A DNA stretch of 64,000 nucleotides from Desulfobacterales bacterium. GTDB taxonomy: Bacteria; Desulfobacterota; Desulfobacteria; Desulfobacterales; UBA5616. The position numbers and the translations under genes are program-made. The notes below the pieces were generated by a model, which worked only from the letters and a program-made list of their open reading frames with translations, made no database searches and was not told the DNA's origin. Position 1 is the stretch's first letter, and every line of letters begins with the position of its first letter. The stretch is from assembly GCA_046483495.1 (NCBI GenBank), contig JAWODC010000044.1:96001-160000 (forward strand). Reading direction: 5' to 3'. Below are positions 57,898 to 64,000 of this stretch, in pieces.

Positions 57898-59829
57898 ATG
57901 TCTATTCTGATCAATGGAGAACCCGGCAAACGGTATCTGGTCATGGGAAATGAGGCCATTGCCCGGGGGGCGCTCGAAGCCGGTGTGCAGGTGTGCGCCG
58001 GATATCCGGGAACCCCTTCCTCGGAAATCATCGAAAGCCTTTCAAAGGCGGCCGGAGACCGAAACATCTATGTGGAGTGGTCGGCGAATGAAAAAGTCTC
58101 GATGGAGGTGGCGGCGGCCGCTTCCTTTGCGGGGCTGCGGTCCATTTGTCCGATGAAGCAGAACGGTGTGAACGTCGGCTCTGATTTTCTGCTGCACCTG
58201 GCGCTTTCCGGAACCCGGGGCGGGATGGTCATCGTGCCCTGCGACGATCCCGGTGCCCTGTCAAGCATCAATGAGGGCGAATCCCGCCAGTTTGCACGTC
58301 TTTTCGAAGTGCCCCTGCTGGAACCCGGTGATTTTCAGGAGGCCAAAGACATGGTGAAATGGGCGTTTTCGCTGTCCGAGGACCTTCGAAGCATGGTGTT
58401 CGTCAGAAGTGTCACCCGACTCTCTCATGCCAGTGGAAATGTGCTGTTCGACAGGCTCCCGGAAGATGACAGAAAAGCCTGTTTCAAACATGACGGTTTC
58501 CTGCTCGATGAAATGGAGGGCATTGTGACCAGCGCGCCGGTGGATTACAAGCACGGTCTGCAGCATGCAAAACTCAAGAAAGCCGCCGAACAGTTTGAAA
58601 CCTCTCCCTTCAATACTTATACCGGGCCTGAAAATCCCGAACTGATGCTGATCACCTCGTCGGCATGCACGTTTTACTGCAAAGAAGCCATCGGCCTGTT
58701 GGGCGTCGGTGACCGTGTGGGACTGTTGAAGCTCGGCACGACCTGGCCCCTGCCTCCGAATTTGATGGAAACCTATTTATCGAAAACGGATACATTTTTT
58801 ATCGTCGAGGAAGTCATTCCCTTTATGGAGGAGAATGTAAAAATTCTTGCCCAGGAAACGGCCCCACGAATCGGCATCAAGACCATCATGGGCAAACGGG
58901 ACGGGAAACTTCCCATGGTGGGCGAACTGAACCCCGATATCGTAACGGAAGCCCTTGCAGGACTGCTGAATATTTCCTACAAGCCCCAGCCCGACGATTA
59001 CGTCAAACGCAGTCAGGAAATCGTCGTTCAGGCGCCCGGCCGTGAACTGACATTCTGTCCGGGCTGCCCCCACCGCGCGTCCTTCTGGACCATCAACAAC
59101 GTTCTGAAGATGGATAATCGGCAGGGGTTTGTCTGCGGCGATATCGGATGCTACAGTCTGGCCATGCTCCCCACCGGCTTTTCGGCATCCAAGACGATGC
59201 ATGCCATGGGATCCGGAACGGGAGTGGCATCCGGGTTCGGAAAGCTCAAACAATTCGGCATGGACCAGCCTGTACTCTCCGTCTGCGGTGACTCGACGTT
59301 TTTTGCATCGGCCCTGCCGGCCCTTTTCAACGCCGTTCACAACCAATCGGACCTCACCATGGTGGTGCTGGACAACAGCGGAACCGCAATGACCGGATTC
59401 CAGACGCATCCCGGCCTTGCCGTCGACGCCATGGGGCAACATGTCCCCGCGGTCAGTATCGACGCCGTCTGCCGGGCCATCGGGGCAAAGGTTAAAATCA
59501 GCGACCCCTTCGACATCGAAGCCACGCAGGACGCCCTTTGTGAACTGCTTGAAGAAGATGGGGTGAAGGTTTTGATTTTGCGTCAGATTTGCACACTGAG
59601 TCCTGAAAAAAAAGCAAAAAAGCAATTCGAGGTTCTTGTCAATGAAGAACAGTGCCTGGGAGAGGATTGCGGGTGCGGCCGCTTGTGCACCCGTATTTTC
59701 AGGTGTCCCGGACTGATATGGAACAAGGAAAAGAAAAAAGCTGAGATCAACGAGGTCATTTGCATCGGCTGCGGCGTTTGTGCATCCATTTGTCCCAACA
59801 GCGCCATCGAAAAAAAGGAGGTTGCATAA
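57898..59829 (+). CDS. iorA: Indolepyruvate:ferredoxin oxidoreductase alpha subunit
   Basis: MGNEAIARGA, YPGTPSSEI, FCPGCPHR, GDIGCY, GDSTF, DNSGTAMTG and a C-terminal ferredoxin. Confidence 0.95.
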   Translation: MSILINGEPGKRYLVMGNEAIARGALEAGVQVCAGYPGTPSSEIIESLSKAAGDRNIYVEWSANEKVSMEVAAAASFAGLRSICPMKQNGVNVGSDFLLHLALSGTRGGMVIVPCDDPGALSSINEGESRQFARLFEVPLLEPGDFQEAKDMVKWAFSLSEDLRSMVFVRSVTRLSHASGNVLFDRLPEDDRKACFKHDGFLLDEMEGIVTSAPVDYKHGLQHAKLKKAAEQFETSPFNTYTGPENPELMLITSSACTFYCKEAIGLLGVGDRVGLLKLGTTWPLPPNLMETYLSKTDTFFIVEEVIPFMEENVKILAQETAPRIGIKTIMGKRDGKLPMVGELNPDIVTEALAGLLNISYKPQPDDYVKRSQEIVVQAPGRELTFCPGCPHRASFWTINNVLKMDNRQGFVCGDIGCYSLAMLPTGFSASKTMHAMGSGTGVASGFGKLKQFGMDQPVLSVCGDSTFFASALPALFNAVHNQSDLTMVVLDNSGTAMTGFQTHPGLAVDAMGQHVPAVSIDAVCRAIGAKVKISDPFDIEATQDALCELLEEDGVKVLILRQICTLSPEKKAKKQFEVLVNEEQCLGEDCGCGRLCTRIFRCPGLIWNKEKKKAEINEVICIGCGVCASICPNSAIEKKEVA

Positions 59830-59832
59830 GTT

Positions 59833-60453
59833 ATGACAAACGTCACTCTTGCCCACGATCCGTACAACCTGATTATCGCCGGCGTGGGGGGACAGGGAAA
59901 CGTCCTCGCCTCGCGGGTCGTCGGGAACATGCTGTCCAGAAAAGGATTAACCATTACCATCGGTGAAACGTTCGGCGGAACGCAGCGTGGCGGGTCAGTC
60001 ATGAGCCATCTTCGGATCAGCGCTGATTCCGCTTACTCCCCCCTGATCCCGAAAGGAAAAGCCCATATGGTGATCGGGCTCGAACCCACGGACACCATGA
60101 GGGTATTGGGGACCTACGGCAACCCCGAGGTCAAAACGATCTGCAATACCCGGCCGATTCATCCGGTTCAAGTCATTTCCGGTGAACTCGCTTATCCGGA
60201 CCTTAAAGACGCCGAGGAATGGATTCGCGAACTGAGCAGCGCCGCCTGGTTTCTCGATGCCACGGATGTGGCCATGAAAATGGGTGCCGCCATTCTGGGA
60301 AATATCATTCTTATCGGTGCACTGGCCGGTTTAAACGAGCTGCCCATGGACAGGGGTGATTTTGAAGCCGCCATCCGCATGACGTTTTCCGGGGAAAAGG
60401 TCGATACCAATCTTAAAGCGTACGATAAAGGCATCGAGATGATTGCGAGTTAA
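59833..60453 (+). CDS. iorB: Indolepyruvate:ferredoxin oxidoreductase beta subunit
   Basis: AGVGGQG and GTQRGGSVMSHLRI. Confidence 0.94.
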   Translation: MTNVTLAHDPYNLIIAGVGGQGNVLASRVVGNMLSRKGLTITIGETFGGTQRGGSVMSHLRISADSAYSPLIPKGKAHMVIGLEPTDTMRVLGTYGNPEVKTICNTRPIHPVQVISGELAYPDLKDAEEWIRELSSAAWFLDATDVAMKMGAAILGNIILIGALAGLNELPMDRGDFEAAIRMTFSGEKVDTNLKAYDKGIEMIAS

Positions 60454-60516
60454 AACGATTGTGACATGAGCGTAAGCCCCTCATCCAAGACCCTATTTTA
60501 AAAAGGTTTCGTTAAA

Positions 60517-61248
60517 ATGAAGAACGTATCGCTTTTTATCCCCTGTATTGTGGACCTTTTTATGCCCGATACCGGTGAAGCCGCAGTGAATTTATTGCGC
60601 AAGCTCGGCCTCTCTCCGATCTACCATGAAAACCAGACGTGCTGCGGCCAGCCGGCATTTCATGCCGGCCATTCCGATGAGGCGGTTAAGCTGGCCAAAC
60701 GCTTCATCGAAATTTTCGAGGATGACGAAATCATCGTGTGCCCCTCGGGATCCTGCGTGGTGACGGTCAAAAAACACTATCCGGAAATGCTTGCCGACGA
60801 TCCGAAATGGCAGCCACGGGCGGAATCCGTTTCCAATCGCATTTTCGAACTTTCGGAGTTCATCGTCGATCACATGGGTGTAACGGACGTGGGGGCGCGC
60901 TTCAACGGCAAGGTCGCCTACCACGAGTCCTGTCAGCTCAGCCGTGAACTAGGGGTGGTGGAACAACCCAAATCGTTGATTCGCGCCGTTGCGGGTACGG
61001 AATTGGTGCCGCTGCCGAATGCATCGGTCTGCTGTGGCTTCGGCGGAAAGTTTTCCGTGGATTACGCCGATATCTCCGAAGCACTGGTGAAGGAAAAAGC
61101 CGGCCACTACATTGCGTCGAAAGCCGATCTCCTGGTTGTTTCCGAACCGGGATGCTTTTTAAACATCAACGGCTACCTCACCCGGCACCATCCGGAGCAT
61201 AAAGCGATGCACATCGCCGATTTTTTAGCCGGACCGGCGGATTGTTAG
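60517..61248 (+). CDS. LutA/LldE-like (Fe-S)-binding protein
   Basis: QTCCGQP, PSGSC, YHESC and CCGFGG. Confidence 0.9.
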   Translation: MKNVSLFIPCIVDLFMPDTGEAAVNLLRKLGLSPIYHENQTCCGQPAFHAGHSDEAVKLAKRFIEIFEDDEIIVCPSGSCVVTVKKHYPEMLADDPKWQPRAESVSNRIFELSEFIVDHMGVTDVGARFNGKVAYHESCQLSRELGVVEQPKSLIRAVAGTELVPLPNASVCCGFGGKFSVDYADISEALVKEKAGHYIASKADLLVVSEPGCFLNINGYLTRHHPEHKAMHIADFLAGPADC

Positions 61249-61301
61249 TCCGCGGTCAAACCGCGAAAACATCCATATGACAGCCAAGGGAATCTTTTGT
61301 C

Positions 61302-62729
61302 ATGCAAATCAAAACGAAGGAATTCAAAACGGTCGCCAAAAAGGAGTTGAACAACCCTCATTCAAGGATATTTTTAAATCTTCTGCCGGTGGTCCTGTCC
61401 TCGCTCCGAACGCTTGCTATGGAATCCTTTCCCGACCCGGAGGCCGCGCACAAACTGGGCGGCATTATCCGGTCCGAGGCGGTGGCCCGTCTCCCGGAAT
61501 TGCTGGAGCGATTTGAAGCAAACGCCGTAAAGGCCGGGGCAACGGTATTTTGGGCCGAAGATACCGATGCGGCGAACGCCTATATTCTGAAACTCGCCCG
61601 GGATAACCATGTCGAATATGTCACCAAGGGCAAGTCCATGGTGACCGAAGAAATGGGGCTCAACGAAGTCCTGGAAAAAAACGGCATAAAGGCGTATGAA
61701 ACCGACCTGGGAGAATTCATCACCCAGCTTCTCGGCCGCCCGCCGTTTCATATCGTCGGCCCCGCCGCCAACATACCGACGGATCAAATACGCGACGTTT
61801 TCATGGAAAAAGCCGGTCTTGAAACCCCGACAACGGATCCGGTCGAACTCGGCTACGCGGCACGGCGGTACCTGCGGGATAAATTTTTCAGAATGAAGAT
61901 GGGCATCACGGGCGTCAACTTCGCCGTGGCCGAAACCGGAACCATTATTAATGTGGAAAACGAGGGCAACATTCGGTTCAACAAGTCATCCCCCGATATT
62001 CAAGTGTCCGTCATGACGATCGAGAAGGTGATTCCAAGCATGAAAGACGCCATGCATCTGTTGCGCCTCGTTTCCCGCAACTGCACGGGCCAGCATATCG
62101 GCAGCTATGCCTCGATGGATACAGGTCCCCGAAAGTCCGATGAAGTCGACGGCCCGAAAGAGCTGCACATCGTAATTCTCGACAACGGCCGGAGCAGTCT
62201 GTACCAGGATGCCGCAACCCGCCAGGCTCTTCAATGCATCCGATGCGGCGGATGCCTGAACATATGCCCGGTGTACGGCATCATCGGCGGGTATCCTTAC
62301 GGCTGGGTGTATTCGGGCCCCATGGGTCAGCTGCTGACGCCGATGCTGCTGGGAATTTCCGGCTGCCATGACCTTTTGTGGGCCTGTACAGGCTGCGGCG
62401 CGTGTCGTGAATACTGCCCGGCGGGAATCGATCATCCCCGGGTCCTTCATTATTTGCGGGATCTGGAAGTCCGCGGGGATGCGGCATTCAAGGCCCCCCC
62501 GCCCCCGATTACGGAAAAAATGGCCTACCGGACGTTTGCGGGTATTGCGTCAAATCCCATGCTTTGGAAAATGACCGCAAGGGCCATGCGCACGGTACTC
62601 AATCGCGGCGCCGATTCGGAAAAACTCTCCCGGGGGCCCGGACCCATGAACACCTGGCTCGAAGGGCGGGATTTCCCCCGGATGCCGAAAAAAACCTTCC
62701 ATGATCGTTGGAAAGAGATAATGGATTGA
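61302..62729 (+). CDS. LutB/LldF-like iron-sulfur protein
   Basis: KSMVTEE, ETDLGEFI, ENEGN, CIRCGGCLNICP and CTGCGACREYCP. Confidence 0.93.
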   Translation: MQIKTKEFKTVAKKELNNPHSRIFLNLLPVVLSSLRTLAMESFPDPEAAHKLGGIIRSEAVARLPELLERFEANAVKAGATVFWAEDTDAANAYILKLARDNHVEYVTKGKSMVTEEMGLNEVLEKNGIKAYETDLGEFITQLLGRPPFHIVGPAANIPTDQIRDVFMEKAGLETPTTDPVELGYAARRYLRDKFFRMKMGITGVNFAVAETGTIINVENEGNIRFNKSSPDIQVSVMTIEKVIPSMKDAMHLLRLVSRNCTGQHIGSYASMDTGPRKSDEVDGPKELHIVILDNGRSSLYQDAATRQALQCIRCGGCLNICPVYGIIGGYPYGWVYSGPMGQLLTPMLLGISGCHDLLWACTGCGACREYCPAGIDHPRVLHYLRDLEVRGDAAFKAPPPPITEKMAYRTFAGIASNPMLWKMTARAMRTVLNRGADSEKLSRGPGPMNTWLEGRDFPRMPKKTFHDRWKEIMD

Positions 62730-62819
62730 CATATTCCACGACACTCGAAAACAATCGATATTGCGTGGGGACCGTCAAACGTGTCCCTCACCCATATGTT
62801 GCCTCAAAAGGAAAAAAAA

Positions 62820-63485
62820 ATGGACAGCGCACGCGATCGCATTTTAGAACGACTGGGAAAAATAAAACCGGTTCATATTCCCGAGCGGATTGAAATGCCG
62901 CCCCCGTATGAGGCCGAATTTTCCCGGGAGGAACTCATCGAAAAGTTTGCCGCAAAATTGACGGAGCAAACCGGCGTCTTCCATCGGGCCGCCGATCGGG
63001 AAGGCGCCCTGGAAGTCTTGAAGGAAATCGCCGAAGAGGAGAAATTGACCTGCATCATGGCTTCGGAAAACGGCCTCGTGAATTCACTGAACCTGCCTGA
63101 ATGGGGAAAGGCGCACGGCATAACGGTATTTTTCCCCCATGATTTTGAAGAAACCGGGGCCTACAAGGATGCCGTTTTCAACAAAGCCGATGCCGGCGTT
63201 ACGGCTGCTGATTTCGCTGTAGCCGAATCCGGCACCCTCGCGATCATTCATGACAGGAATAACGCCCGTCTTTTATCTCTGGCCCCCATTTTCCATATCG
63301 CTGTCGTGGATATCGATCATGTGGTGCCGGTTTACGAAACGGTGATCGAATCCGCCTACAATACAGGCGATTTGCCGTCACATGTCACGTTTATCACCGG
63401 TCCGAGCATGACGGGGGATATACAGGGACAGATGTTCAAGGGAATGCACGGTCCGAGAAAATTGGCCGTTATTTTGATCGGATGA
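62820..63485 (+). CDS. LutC/LldG-like (LUD domain) protein
   Basis: ARDRILERL, AVAESGTL and FITGPSMTGDIQ...GMHGP. Confidence 0.9.
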   Translation: MDSARDRILERLGKIKPVHIPERIEMPPPYEAEFSREELIEKFAAKLTEQTGVFHRAADREGALEVLKEIAEEEKLTCIMASENGLVNSLNLPEWGKAHGITVFFPHDFEETGAYKDAVFNKADAGVTAADFAVAESGTLAIIHDRNNARLLSLAPIFHIAVVDIDHVVPVYETVIESAYNTGDLPSHVTFITGPSMTGDIQGQMFKGMHGPRKLAVILIG

Positions 63486-63586
63486 GACCGGCCGTTTACC
63501 CGCTTACCGCCCTTCATCGTCATGTATTTTTAGCGTGTCGGGAATGATACCCGACCGCCGGAACCGAAAAAAACTGGAGAAGCGTT

Positions 63587-64000
63587 ATGGAATTAAGAAG
63601 CAAACGACGGTTTCCCGAGCTGAACGGATTAATGTACGCCTGTGGTTTTACGGAGCACGAGGTGGGAAAACCCATGGTGGGGGTGATCAACGCCTTTTCG
63701 GAGGTGGTGCCCGGGCATATGAACCTGAAGCTGCTTACGGATATGGTAAAAACCGGCATTCGAATGGCAGGCGGCGTGCCCGTGGAATTCCCCTGCATCG
63801 CCATGTGCGACGGCATCGCCACCGGAAAATACCAGATGGCCATGCGCAATCATATTGCCGATGCCATCGAAATTCTGATCGAATCGCATGAATTGGACGG
63901 CATGGTGCTCTTGTCCGGCTGCGACAAGATCGTGCCGGGCCAGATGATGGCCCTGGCCCGATTGAACATTCCGGGCATTCTGGTAACCTCCGGTCCCATG
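63587..64000 (+). CDS. IlvD/Edd family dihydroxy-acid dehydratase (N-terminus, runs off the window end)
   Basis: Not in the ORF track. Hand translation: MELRSKRRFPELNGLMYACG...VVPGHMNL...AGGVPVEFPCIAMCDGIATG...LSGCDKIVPG...SGPM. Confidence 0.9.
   Translation, partial: MELRSKRRFPELNGLMYACGFTEHEVGKPMVGVINAFSEVVPGHMNLKLLTDMVKTGIRMAGGVPVEFPCIAMCDGIATGKYQMAMRNHIADAIEILIESHELDGMVLLSGCDKIVPGQMMALARLNIPGILVTSGPM

Overview
This is a 64 kb chromosomal segment from an anaerobic deltaproteobacterium. The Desulfobacterales-like assignment is inferred from gene content. Housekeeping blocks include secA, folD, argC, ispD, rnpB, dnaG-rpoD-tRNA-Ile(CAU), hisB/hisA, tRNA-Ala(CGC), dtd, dacB, folE2, a TtcA-family gene, rpoZ, greA, leuB and pssA/psd. 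They alternate with anaerobic catabolic modules: TRAP and ABC importers, a BbsEF-like CoA-transferase pair, an aldehyde:ferredoxin oxidoreductase cassette, an HdrF/FadF-like Fe-S membrane protein, and an IclR-FrhB-like-IorAB-LutABC-IlvD cluster. No mobile element, prophage or CRISPR array is visible. The standout is at 49796..50506 (-). Fragments that the ORF track leaves disconnected join in one frame, through two in-frame TGA codons, into a 236-aa MerB (organomercurial lyase)-like protein. Both TGAs fall at the two catalytic Cys positions of MerB, and each is followed by a SECIS-like hairpin whose loop starts GGUC. It is a probable double-selenocysteine organometallic lyase with no mer operon nearby. 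All family calls come from motif recognition by eye; no database searches were run.
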